Source of the DNA: Myxococcota bacterium
GTDB taxonomy: Bacteria > Myxococcota_A > Polyangia > Nannocystales > Nannocystaceae
Assembly (NCBI GenBank): GCA_039194325.1
Contig: JBCCWC010000004.1
Location: forward strand, 64,001-128,000
Reading direction: 5' to 3'
Length of the DNA stretch: 64,000 nucleotides
A program made the translations under genes and the position numbers. The first letter of the stretch is position 1. Each line of letters begins with the position of its first letter. Below are positions 20,555-29,666 of this stretch, piece by piece. The notes under the pieces were generated by a model, which saw nothing but the letters and a program-made list of their open reading frames with translations, made no database searches and had not been told where the DNA came from.

Positions 20555-21607
20555 ATGAAGACGCGAACACTCGTTTCGTATGAGTCAGCCCGCCTCGAAG
20601 ATCTCGACGCAAACACCGGGGTCGTGCTTCCGGCCGGTTGGGACGGCGAAGAGCGGATCTACGCGGTGCCCGGGTTCCTCATCATCGGCGCGCAGCGCAG
20701 CGGTACGAGCGCTTTGTCGAGGTGGCTGTCGGTCCACCCCAACCTCCAGACGATCCCGCTCGAGTACAACTTCTTCAGCGAGGTCGTCGACCTCGAGCGA
20801 GACTGGCCCCGGTACGTCATCAACCCGCACTTCTACCTGCGCTCACCGGCGCAGGTCTACGCCACCTTCGAGAAGACCCCAGACTACCTCGACAAGCGTA
20901 ATCACCACGGGGTGTCAGCGGCGGCTCAGATCCAGCGCCTGATGCCGTCAGGACGATTCATCGTGCTGCTGCGGCGACCAACCGAGCGCGCCTACTCTCT
21001 TTACAAGATGCGCGTGCGACAGCACGCGACGCCGCATCAGTACTCTCGCATCACCGATCCCCAGCTGCGGCGGATCGAACAGTGGCTCTCGACGGGTGGG
21101 CGCGTCACCTCGCGGCCCGAAGGGCTGCCGAGCTTCCATGAGATGGTCACGGCCATGCTCGCCGAGCTCGACGCACCGCTCGAGCGTTCCCGGTTCACCC
21201 TCGAGCAGCGACGGATGCTCACCCTTGGCCACTACGCTACGCACCTCGAGGAGTGGCTTCGGCACTTCCCCCGTGAGCAGCTCCTCGTCCTCTTCTACGA
21301 GGACTTCCGCGATCGGCCCTTCGACACGATGGACACAGTCCTCGCGTTCCTCGAGGTACCTCATATCGACTATCGAACAATCTGCGAGAAGACGGGGTCG
21401 CGCTGGGAGCTCATGGGCATCGGAGAGCCACCGTCCAAGCCACGCTTCGAGGTGAGCACTCCCCCGTGGGTCCGCGACTTGCAGAGGCCCATCGGTCCAA
21501 AGGCGGCCGCCTTGCTCGACGCGTACTTCCGACCCTGGAACGAGCGCCTCGCCGCGCTGTTGCCCGGGTGCGAGATACCCTGGAGCGACGCGAGCACGGG
21601 CGAGTGA
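20555..21607 (+). CDS. PAPS-dependent sulfotransferase, HS3ST/NDST-like
   Basis: IIGAQRSGTSAL..WL.VHP; FEKTPDY; LRRPTERAYS; GHYATHLEEWLRHFPREQ. Confidence 0.88.
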   Translation: MKTRTLVSYESARLEDLDANTGVVLPAGWDGEERIYAVPGFLIIGAQRSGTSALSRWLSVHPNLQTIPLEYNFFSEVVDLERDWPRYVINPHFYLRSPAQVYATFEKTPDYLDKRNHHGVSAAAQIQRLMPSGRFIVLLRRPTERAYSLYKMRVRQHATPHQYSRITDPQLRRIEQWLSTGGRVTSRPEGLPSFHEMVTAMLAELDAPLERSRFTLEQRRMLTLGHYATHLEEWLRHFPREQLLVLFYEDFRDRPFDTMDTVLAFLEVPHIDYRTICEKTGSRWELMGIGEPPSKPRFEVSTPPWVRDLQRPIGPKAAALLDAYFRPWNERLAALLPGCEIPWSDASTGE

Positions 21608-21629
21608 TGCGTCGCCCCGTCCCCTGCCC

Positions 21630-23261
21630 TCACGGTCCAGGAAGAAGCGACACCGCGCTGCTCTCGACGCTCGGCGGGTCGCTTCGCGTCACCGCGAGGA
21701 CTTCCGGGATCTGGTGCACCGAGCACACCGAGCGAAGTGCAGTGTAGAGCGCCGCGTCGTCGGAGACCGCGAGACCCTCGCGCTGCTCGCCCGCCCGCAG
21801 CCAGTCTCGCCGGCGAAACATGGACAAGCGACGGGGCCCCGCCGAGCCCCCAGGACACTCGTTGATGTCGGCGAGGGCACAGGATCCATGGACCAAGCCG
21901 ACGTTGTGAGTGTCGAGGTAGCGGGCGAGGGTGTCCAGAGCGTGGGGCAAAAGCTCGTCTCGGGGACCGACGAGGACGACGTAGGCGCCGCGACACGCGG
22001 AGATCGTCGCGGCGCCCTCCGGGCGGTCGTCGGTGCGGATCCAGCGAACGCGAGGGTCGTCGCGATAGGCCAGCTCCACCGCGCCGAGCACCTCGGAGCT
22101 CGACTCGTCGTGGAAGACCAAGAGCTCCAGATCGCGGAGTTGCTGCCGCTCCACGATACCCTCGATCATCGACCGCAGGTACCGAGCGTCGTGGTCCGCA
22201 CGTAGGACGACCGATACCTTGGGCACACAGTAGCGTCGGGTCGACGTCGGATCACGGTACTTGAGGGGGCATCGATCTTCGAGCAAGGGCTGGGTATGGC
22301 GCTCTCCGGCGACCCGATCGGTCTCGTTGACCCCCCCGGGCGGCTCCTGATGCAGGGCGACCGCCTCGGGGACCGGGATGAAGTACGCCCCCGTGGCGTA
22401 CACTCGGTAGGCCCACTCCATGTCCTCTCCCCCCCAGTGGCGAAATTCCTCGCAGTACGGGCCGGCGGCTTCGTACAGACGCCTGGCGTAGGCAAGGTTG
22501 CAACCGCTGGAGACCCCGAAGGGAAAGACGTGGGTGCGCAGCATGTTCGAGGATGCATAGACCCGAAGCCGCCAGTCCTTGGTGGGATCTCGCTTGAGCT
22601 CGAAGTGTCGGTTCTTGGTGATGATGTCGGGCAGATCGATCGCGACCGAGATGTCGCGCCGGATGTCGTCGTCTGTGATCCCATCTGCACACACGAACCG
22701 CCGATGGCCGATCAGCAGGGCGCGATCGGTGACGTGCAGGTACTGCATGAACGCGGAGACCAGCTCGGGAGTCGGGATCATGTCGCAGTCGAGCAGGATG
22801 AGGTGATCGTGGCGAGCGGCCCGGATCCCCCGATTCCGGACCGCCGAGAGGCGATAGCCGCGATCCTCCTGGTAGACGTGCTGGATCTCGAAGTACCGGG
22901 AGTACTTGTCGATGACGGATCGGACGTCATCTTGGCTCCCGTCATCGGCGACCACGACCTCGATCAGCTCGGCGGGGTAGCTCTGGTGAGTGAGCCCCGC
23001 CAACGTCTTGGCCAGCATCTGCATGCGATTGTAGACCGGCAGCAGCACGGACACGGGAAGATTCGGAGGGGTGCCATCCCGCGCGAAGCGATCCCGGGCC
23101 TGTTGGAGCAGCGTGTAGTCGTTGCCATCTCCGGGCGGGGGAGAGCCAATGGGCTCGACGGGCTCGACGGGCTCGGCATGAGCCCCGGCCAGCCGATGTC
23201 CGGTATTCCACGATGGTTTGGGGTCCCGGGTCATGATCGATCTCTGATATGCGAACGTCAT
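21630..23261 (-). CDS. KfoC/PmCS/PmHAS-like GT2 synthase paralog: intact N-terminal HexNAc-transferase domain, degenerate C-terminal domain
   Basis: PVYNR, ADDGS, GYRLSAVRN, LDCDMIP, DWR, EEFRHWGGED, HQEPPGGVNETDRVAG. The second domain lacks DDGS and DxDD (FHDESS, VGPRDE). Start 23261 or 23234. Confidence 0.85.
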   Translation of the reverse strand: MTFAYQRSIMTRDPKPSWNTGHRLAGAHAEPVEPVEPIGSPPPGDGNDYTLLQQARDRFARDGTPPNLPVSVLLPVYNRMQMLAKTLAGLTHQSYPAELIEVVVADDGSQDDVRSVIDKYSRYFEIQHVYQEDRGYRLSAVRNRGIRAARHDHLILLDCDMIPTPELVSAFMQYLHVTDRALLIGHRRFVCADGITDDDIRRDISVAIDLPDIITKNRHFELKRDPTKDWRLRVYASSNMLRTHVFPFGVSSGCNLAYARRLYEAAGPYCEEFRHWGGEDMEWAYRVYATGAYFIPVPEAVALHQEPPGGVNETDRVAGERHTQPLLEDRCPLKYRDPTSTRRYCVPKVSVVLRADHDARYLRSMIEGIVERQQLRDLELLVFHDESSSEVLGAVELAYRDDPRVRWIRTDDRPEGAATISACRGAYVVLVGPRDELLPHALDTLARYLDTHNVGLVHGSCALADINECPGGSAGPRRLSMFRRRDWLRAGEQREGLAVSDDAALYTALRSVCSVHQIPEVLAVTRSDPPSVESSAVSLLPGP

Positions 23262-23272
23262 CGAGGCTCAGG

Positions 23273-25405
23273 TCAAGAGGCAGGCTCGCGCTGCCGATAG
23301 ACTCCGTCGACCCCGCCGCTCGATAGCGGTGGGTTCACCTCCCAGGCGTCGTCCAGGCCCATGCGCTGCAGCGCCCGCCGCATGCCTCGTAGATGATTGC
23401 GCCGCTGCAACGCGCGGTTGGCAATGGACGTGTTGTCGCCATGCCACCGGTACAGATACATGACGTTGGCGAGGTGCTCGAGCGTGCAGACCTCGGCGAG
23501 CTTGAGCGCCATGTCGAAGTCGGTCGCGTTCTCGAGCTCCACGTCGTGGCCGCTGGTGCGCAGCCAGTCCCGCCGTCGAAACATTCGGAAGTGATGGGCG
23601 ATGTTGGACACCAACAGCTTCTCACGCGAGAACACGGGCCACTCGTACCCGGGCCGGAGGAATCGACCCTGCGTGTCGACCTTGACGTTGGAGCCATAGA
23701 CATAGCCCACAGCGTGCTCATCGAGGTGGGTCGACAAGGTCCGGACCGCGTGGGGAAGGAGCATATCGTCTGCGTCGAGGAGCCCCAAGTAGGCTCCTTT
23801 GCACATGCGGATGGCGGCATTCGAGGCGGCAGCGATGCCCTGGTGGGGCTGGCTCTTCCAGCGAACCTGCGGGTGTTCAGCATACGTAGACTCGAGGATC
23901 TGCCGGGTATCGTCCGTCGATCCGTCGTCGACCACGCAGACCTCGAGATCGACGAAATCCTGGGCCAGCGCGCTCTCGATGGCCTCTTGGATATAGGGGC
24001 CGGCGTTGTAGGCCGGCATGTAGATCGACACCTTGGGCACACGATACCGTCGCCGACCATCGTCGCGAAACCCCAGCGGACACCACTCGGCCAAGAACGA
24101 CGTGTCTTGCAGAGCGGCTGCGCTTTGATCGTCGATGAGCGAATCGTTCGAGCCCACACTAGAGGGCAGCGGGATCAGATAGCCGCCTGCGTTGTAGGCG
24201 CGATAGGCCCACTCGACGAAGGCGCTGCGGAGCTTGGGCGCGTGGTCGTGGAGAGGGCCGAGCTCATCGACGAGACGACGACCGAACGCGACGCAGGATC
24301 CATCGACCGCGGCGAACGGATGCCGAGCCGAGGCGAGCGCGTCGGTTCGTTCGATGAGCTCGATGGCCTGTGGGTGGCGACTCCCGAAGACGAGCGCGTG
24401 CCTCGAAGTCTCGAGCAAGCCGACCACCGTCGCGATAAAGCGCGGCGAGATCTCGTAGTCCTCACGCATGAGCACGATCTGCGCCCCGCTCGCGCGCTGG
24501 AGCCCTGCGTTGAGCGCCGGGATGGGCGCGGCCGCGGTCACCGCGTGCATGGCCAGACCCTCGGGAGCACGCGGCGGGCCCTCGATACCTCGAGGGCAGG
24601 CGACCACCAGTTCCAGGCGATCGCGTGGGTAGTCCTGGCATCGAAGCTGGTCGATGAGACGCGCGCGGCGATCGATCTGGCCCCGGCACAGCATGACGAT
24701 GGAGACGCGACCACGGCGGTCCGAGGTCGCTTGGCGAGCGGCGGCTTCGATGAAGCGGTAGTCGTTGCCCTCGCCGACGAGCGGCGGGATCGGGAAGTCG
24801 TGAGGAAGCCCGAGCACGGGGAGCCCGTGGACGACCTTCCAGGTTGGATAGGAGGGAATAAGAGGATTGCTCAACGGATCGCTCGGCGATTCGCTCGGCG
24901 ATTCGTTCAGCGATTCGCTCGGCAGTTCGACCGGCGGCTCGAGGGCCACGACAGGCCCGTGACACTCGAACCCGATCTGCTCGAGCGGCTCGAACCCACC
25001 GCGGTCGCGGCCATCGAACCAGATCGGCTGTCGCATGACGCCGCGAAGGTGGCGGAGATCGAGGTCGTGCACGCTCGGCCGACCCAAGGGCACGAGCACC
25101 CCGTCGACCGCATGAACGGCATCGATCCCGCTGCGGGCCGTGATCACCCGGGAATCGGTAGTCTCCCCCAGCGTGGCTTGGAGCGAGCAGTGGAGAGGAC
25201 CGGGAGGAACATACACACGTACGCTCGCTGCGGATCCGAGCAGCAGCTCGATCAACGCGAGCACCCTCGGGCCCACGCCCGGCTCGTCGACCAGGGGCAC
25301 CAAGAGCCCAAAGCGCAGGCCGCCCAGGTCTCGGCGGAACCGCTTGACCACCGCCTCGAACAATGGTGTTGCATCCAAGATCGCAGAAGTATCGTTGGTC
25401 GACAT
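23273..25405 (-). CDS. KfoC-like GT2 synthase paralog: UDP-glucose-dehydrogenase C-terminal-like domain, degenerate first GT domain, intact GlcA-transferase domain
   Basis: VPKVSIYMPAYN, VVDDGSTD, GIAAASN, LDADD, GYEWPVFSREKL, HHFRMF, NATDFD, HGDNTS. The first GT domain lacks DCD and WGGED. ATG at 25405 overlaps the upstream TGA. Confidence 0.83.
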   Translation of the reverse strand: MSTNDTSAILDATPLFEAVVKRFRRDLGGLRFGLLVPLVDEPGVGPRVLALIELLLGSAASVRVYVPPGPLHCSLQATLGETTDSRVITARSGIDAVHAVDGVLVPLGRPSVHDLDLRHLRGVMRQPIWFDGRDRGGFEPLEQIGFECHGPVVALEPPVELPSESLNESPSESPSDPLSNPLIPSYPTWKVVHGLPVLGLPHDFPIPPLVGEGNDYRFIEAAARQATSDRRGRVSIVMLCRGQIDRRARLIDQLRCQDYPRDRLELVVACPRGIEGPPRAPEGLAMHAVTAAAPIPALNAGLQRASGAQIVLMREDYEISPRFIATVVGLLETSRHALVFGSRHPQAIELIERTDALASARHPFAAVDGSCVAFGRRLVDELGPLHDHAPKLRSAFVEWAYRAYNAGGYLIPLPSSVGSNDSLIDDQSAAALQDTSFLAEWCPLGFRDDGRRRYRVPKVSIYMPAYNAGPYIQEAIESALAQDFVDLEVCVVDDGSTDDTRQILESTYAEHPQVRWKSQPHQGIAAASNAAIRMCKGAYLGLLDADDMLLPHAVRTLSTHLDEHAVGYVYGSNVKVDTQGRFLRPGYEWPVFSREKLLVSNIAHHFRMFRRRDWLRTSGHDVELENATDFDMALKLAEVCTLEHLANVMYLYRWHGDNTSIANRALQRRNHLRGMRRALQRMGLDDAWEVNPPLSSGGVDGVYRQREPAS

Positions 25406-28400
25406 CACGCGTCCTCGTGCGGTGAACATCGTAGATCGATCCGAGCCGGCCCAGCGGGTGAGCGGAGTTGCAGTCTTTCGATCCACCCACGCGCACCCCG
25501 GCCGACCGACGGACGAAGCGAGCGAACCTGAAACAGCATCAGCTGCTCGTTGCAAAAGCCAAACTCGACGTCGAGGGCTCCCTCACCCACGAGCGATGGC
25601 GGCAGCTCCCGCTGGAGCTGTGCGGCCAGCTCGCGAAGGACGGTGCGTTCTTTGGCCGTCAGCACCGGGCCCATGGCCGCCGGGCTCCAACGGGTCCCGC
25701 CGTCCGCCGCGATCTCGCGACCAAAGGCGGCTTGGGCCTCCGAGACGAGCAGATCCGAGCCGTCGGCACGCAGCCGCAGCGTCTCGGCCGCTTCCCCCAA
25801 GACCCCGCCGCCCACGCCCCAAGAGGTCGCGACCGTGAGCCCGGGATCGCCGGTGAACATGTCCGTAGTCACCAGCACGCCCGACTTATCGCTCGGCACG
25901 GTCCGCATGATGAGGACAGCCGACACCAGGGCCGAGGCGCGCGGCGGCGCGTGCGATCGCCACGCGGCCGCGCGACGACGAAACGGCGAAGCCCACACCT
26001 CCACGATCGCCGCGGCGATCGCCTCGAGTCCCACGGCGTGGGGCACTGTGGTGTTGAGCCCGGCCCCGGTGCACCCCGGTCGGTCTTCGTATCCCGTGTC
26101 GGAGCGGACGAACACGCCGTAGCTCCCGGGCTCGCCGAACGCTCGCCGCAGCGACGCCGCGATCGCGTCCTGCATGCTCGGCGCAAGGCCGAGCCGGCCG
26201 AGCTGCCGGCCGAGCTGCTCGAGCTCGTCATAGAAGTGGTGCGACGCCAGGCGACCCGATCGGTGCTCACGGACAAGCTGCTCGAGTCGGGTCATGAACA
26301 TGTCGTCGGAGGCGGCGACCTGCGCCACGAACATGCCAAAGGGCAGCGCGATGGCCTCGGGGACCGAACGCGGGCAAATGCGGGCGAGGGCGGCGAGGTT
26401 GACGGTCTTGCGACCGACCACCCGCAGGCCAGACTCCGGGTCTACCTGGGCCAGGGATAGGGGCTCGGTAAAGGTCAGGTCGGGCACCGGTGCCAGGCCC
26501 GGCCCCGACTCGACGCGGCGGATGGACCCGGCCACCTCGATACCCTCGCGCACCCCATGGGGGAGGGTCTGGGGATCTGCGAGCACGACCTGACCCTCAT
26601 CGGAGACCGCGAGCCAGACCGCCTTTCCTTCGAGCGGCTCAAGATGGCGAAGCTGGGTCCGGGGCACGCACGCGCTGGGGATCCCGCGCTCGCGAGCCAA
26701 CAGGTGCAGGTGCGACAAGACGTTGCCCTCGTCGCAGCTCAACAAACCCGCCACTGGGTGCAGGTCGGCGACCGTGCGCGGCAGCACGACGATCTCGTCC
26801 GCCGAGACCCGAGCGGGATGGAGATCGTGCTCGCCGAGGAGCCGCAGCCGACCGGTGGCGACCCCCGGGCTGAGCCCGACGAGCCCGGAGACCTCGTGGC
26901 CGGCCACGACGTGCGGCTGGCCTCGATGACGCCGCGCGTCGCAGACCAGACGCTGCGCGACGTGGGCCAGCGGCAGCAGGATCGAGGAACGCAGCAGCTC
27001 GTCCACGAAGCGCCCCGCCTTCGGCTCCAGTGCCGTGTAGCGCACGAGCGGCTCCGCAAACGCATGTCGGACGGCCCCGGCGGCCCAAAGCCCGGCACGC
27101 TCGAGCCCTCGGGCCGCCGACAGATAGTCCTCGGTCCGCGCCGAGGCGTCACTCCGCAGCGCGTGCACCGGCCCGAGGATGGCTTGCATCTCACCGGCGC
27201 TCAGCCAGCCCGCCCCGTAGCCGGCCGTGACCATGGGCTCACACTGCGCCAGGAGCAAGCCTCGGCTGAGCGCGTGGTCGGATGACGCCTCCTGAGCGGC
27301 GATCCGAGCGATCTCCTCGGCCTGAAGCGAGAGGCTCAGCAGCAACACGTTGCGTGGCCCGTGCTCGGAGGTGCAGACCAAAGTGCGGCAGCACCGGAGC
27401 ACACTCGCCATGCGCTCCAGCAGCGCGATCGGATCGAGCGCCGGCAGCTCGAGCAGCAGCGGGTCGAGCTCGGGGATCCCGCCGTGCTGGGCCAGCGCCT
27501 CGCGGCACTGCTCAAGGCGTTCGAATCGTCCCGACGGCGACAACAGCCGGTCCAGCTCGTCGAGCAGCGCACGAGCCAGGGGCAAGTGCTCGCGTGAGAG
27601 CCCGGTCGGGCCGGCCGCGATCCATGCCCGAGTGTCGTCGACCTCGCGGCGGCCCGGGCTGCTGTGGATCCGAACGCGGAGGTCGAAGAACGACGGATCG
27701 TGCTCGGCCAGCTCGCTCGATAAACGTCGGATCGTTCGGGTCCGATCCCCACCCCCCGCGTGGTGAGGGACCACCCGCACGCACTCGCGTGCGAGCAGGT
27801 AGTTGGAGCTCGTGGCAAGCCAGCGCGGACGCGACAGCAGGCGTGAGAGCAGCGACTGACCGTAGCGTTCCTCGATCTCGATCTGTACCCGGCCCCTCAG
27901 CGTCTGGGCGCGGCGGAGCACCCAGCCGTCGTCCGTGTCGATGAGGAAGCGCTCGAGCGGCAGCTCGCGCAGACGTGCATGGTGATGCTCTTCGTCCCAA
28001 AACTCGGGCCACTCGAGCGCGGCGAAGATCGTGCCCACATGCCACCCCAGCGCGGCGAGACGCGCTCGCTCGTCCGAGTAATCGCAGTGTTGCACGCTCC
28101 CGGGGACACGGCCCGGAGCCGGCCGCGGAGGTCGATCGGGGCTGTCGATAAACCACCACGGCCGCTTCGAATATGGTCCACGGCGGCGTGCCTTCATCGA
28201 CGCAACGAGACGCTGGCCCTCCTCTACTACCTTGGCTGGAGGAGGCTCGGGTGAGCGAGGCCCCGGTGGGCGAGGCCGAGCCCCGGACACATCGCCGCGA
28301 CCCGATCCGGATCGATCAGCGCTCGCGGCGACAGCAGAACCAATGACGTTCTCGGACTCGCCCACCGGGTGAGGAGACGTCGATGGCCGCTTCGCTGACA

Positions 28401-28419
28401 AGGATGCGCCCAGAAGCAC
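25405..28419 (-). CDS. PEP/pyruvate-binding (dikinase-like) protein: phosphohistidine domain followed by an ATP-grasp PPDK_N domain
   Basis: SPGVATGRL..NVLSHLHLLARERGIP (His domain), then VGRKTVNL, VFVRSDTGYED..GAGLN, VWASPF, SGVLVT, DVEFGF, LFQVR. Start uncertain (may be 28197). Confidence 0.8.
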   Translation of the reverse strand: MLLGASLSAKRPSTSPHPVGESENVIGSAVAASADRSGSGRGDVSGARPRPPGPRSPEPPPAKVVEEGQRLVASMKARRRGPYSKRPWWFIDSPDRPPRPAPGRVPGSVQHCDYSDERARLAALGWHVGTIFAALEWPEFWDEEHHHARLRELPLERFLIDTDDGWVLRRAQTLRGRVQIEIEERYGQSLLSRLLSRPRWLATSSNYLLARECVRVVPHHAGGGDRTRTIRRLSSELAEHDPSFFDLRVRIHSSPGRREVDDTRAWIAAGPTGLSREHLPLARALLDELDRLLSPSGRFERLEQCREALAQHGGIPELDPLLLELPALDPIALLERMASVLRCCRTLVCTSEHGPRNVLLLSLSLQAEEIARIAAQEASSDHALSRGLLLAQCEPMVTAGYGAGWLSAGEMQAILGPVHALRSDASARTEDYLSAARGLERAGLWAAGAVRHAFAEPLVRYTALEPKAGRFVDELLRSSILLPLAHVAQRLVCDARRHRGQPHVVAGHEVSGLVGLSPGVATGRLRLLGEHDLHPARVSADEIVVLPRTVADLHPVAGLLSCDEGNVLSHLHLLARERGIPSACVPRTQLRHLEPLEGKAVWLAVSDEGQVVLADPQTLPHGVREGIEVAGSIRRVESGPGLAPVPDLTFTEPLSLAQVDPESGLRVVGRKTVNLAALARICPRSVPEAIALPFGMFVAQVAASDDMFMTRLEQLVREHRSGRLASHHFYDELEQLGRQLGRLGLAPSMQDAIAASLRRAFGEPGSYGVFVRSDTGYEDRPGCTGAGLNTTVPHAVGLEAIAAAIVEVWASPFRRRAAAWRSHAPPRASALVSAVLIMRTVPSDKSGVLVTTDMFTGDPGLTVATSWGVGGGVLGEAAETLRLRADGSDLLVSEAQAAFGREIAADGGTRWSPAAMGPVLTAKERTVLRELAAQLQRELPPSLVGEGALDVEFGFCNEQLMLFQVRSLRPSVGRGARGWIERLQLRSPAGPARIDLRCSPHEDA

Positions 28420-28597
28420 TACACCCTATCACAGGTGAATGCATGATTGAAGAGCAGCGGAAGTTCCACCGCCTCGATTCGATTGATAGCATCAAGGTCA
28501 CCGTGTGTCGGGACTCCACCTTGAATGGGCGTATGCTCGGCGGGTCGTCGCCTCGAGCAGGGCTCAGGGCTCGCGCCAAGCGACCGCCAGGGCCGCG

Positions 28598-29611
28598 ATG
28601 AATGCAATCGCTCGGTATCTCGCGCAGCGCCTTGAGGAGCTCGGGGCACCATTCACCCCCGAACGCCCGATCGGCTCCGACGACCAGGACACCCTGTTTC
28701 GGCACATCACGAGCAAAAAGTTCCGCAAGTGGCGGGTTCGTCCCAAGGCCGCGGGCATGATCCGCACCCTCGTGGAGCAAGCGGTGCGGGAGGAGCGGCC
28801 GCTGCGATTCACCTTCAACTTCGGCGGATACAAGCACTGGTCGCTCCCCACCTTCCCGCGGGCAGCTTGGGAGGAGTTCTTCATGCTCTTGCATTACTTG
28901 TCGTACCTGCGACCGATCGCCGAGTGCCACGCGCCTGGAGTCTCGCTGGAATTCCTATCGTGCGATGTGATCATCGAACGGGCCAACAACGTCGCGCATG
29001 GATTCCAAGAGCAATACCTGAGCTCGTTGCGGGAACTGTTCGCATTCTTCACCGAGCTCTTCCCCGCTCGCTTGTCGCTGAAGCTCGTGCGGATCGTGCC
29101 CGACCTCTATGCTGACGTCGCCGAAATGCACGAGGATTTCGAGGCGGCTCGGCACCGAGTGATGGCAAAGCTGGAGGATCGGGCCGCGTCCAAGCTCGAT
29201 AAGAAGCTCGCAAAGTCCAATTTCAACATCTGCTGGGACGGCAAGGAACCCTGGCACACGCTCGATCCCGAGGCGCGGCAGCGTCGGATCCATGAGAGCC
29301 TGATCCTCGCGGAGTCGATCGGCAAGGTCGCGCGGCGTGAGCGGTTCGACGGACTCGGCCAGACGATCCGGCTGTTTTGCACCCCGTTTCGCTACAATGT
29401 CGCGATCGGCACGACGCGGGCCAGCATCACCAAGTTCTGGACCGGCGTCGGGGTCGTCGAGCAACGCGGTGAACGGTTCATTCCCCGGGTCTTGTCACCC
29501 TCGCAGTACCGCGAAATCGAGGGGGCGTTGACCGAGCGACCCTCTGGCCTCGACGCGCTCGGGCCGGCGTTTGCGAGCGTACCCGTGTTGCCGGGGGCGC
29601 TCGCGTCGTAG
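28598..29611 (+). CDS. Hypothetical protein with possible remote DIT1/PvcA-like pattern
   Basis: Clean 337-aa ORF from ATG 28598. ITSKKFRK..PLRFTFNFGGYK..P....EEFF..L.PI...HAPGVSLEF.SCD. Confidence 0.6.
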   Translation: MNAIARYLAQRLEELGAPFTPERPIGSDDQDTLFRHITSKKFRKWRVRPKAAGMIRTLVEQAVREERPLRFTFNFGGYKHWSLPTFPRAAWEEFFMLLHYLSYLRPIAECHAPGVSLEFLSCDVIIERANNVAHGFQEQYLSSLRELFAFFTELFPARLSLKLVRIVPDLYADVAEMHEDFEAARHRVMAKLEDRAASKLDKKLAKSNFNICWDGKEPWHTLDPEARQRRIHESLILAESIGKVARRERFDGLGQTIRLFCTPFRYNVAIGTTRASITKFWTGVGVVEQRGERFIPRVLSPSQYREIEGALTERPSGLDALGPAFASVPVLPGALAS

Positions 29612-29666
29612 GCTCGTCGTGCGCCCGCTCCGTGTCGGCGGCTCTATACCGTCGCGGGGCGGAGAT

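Noticed and set aside
23393..25531. Long antisense and alternate-frame ORFs (for example 23393-25531, 92-1807, 49971-51539, 46825-48393)
   Set aside because: These are typical high-GC shadow ORFs overlapping motif-supported genes, with no recognisable domains.
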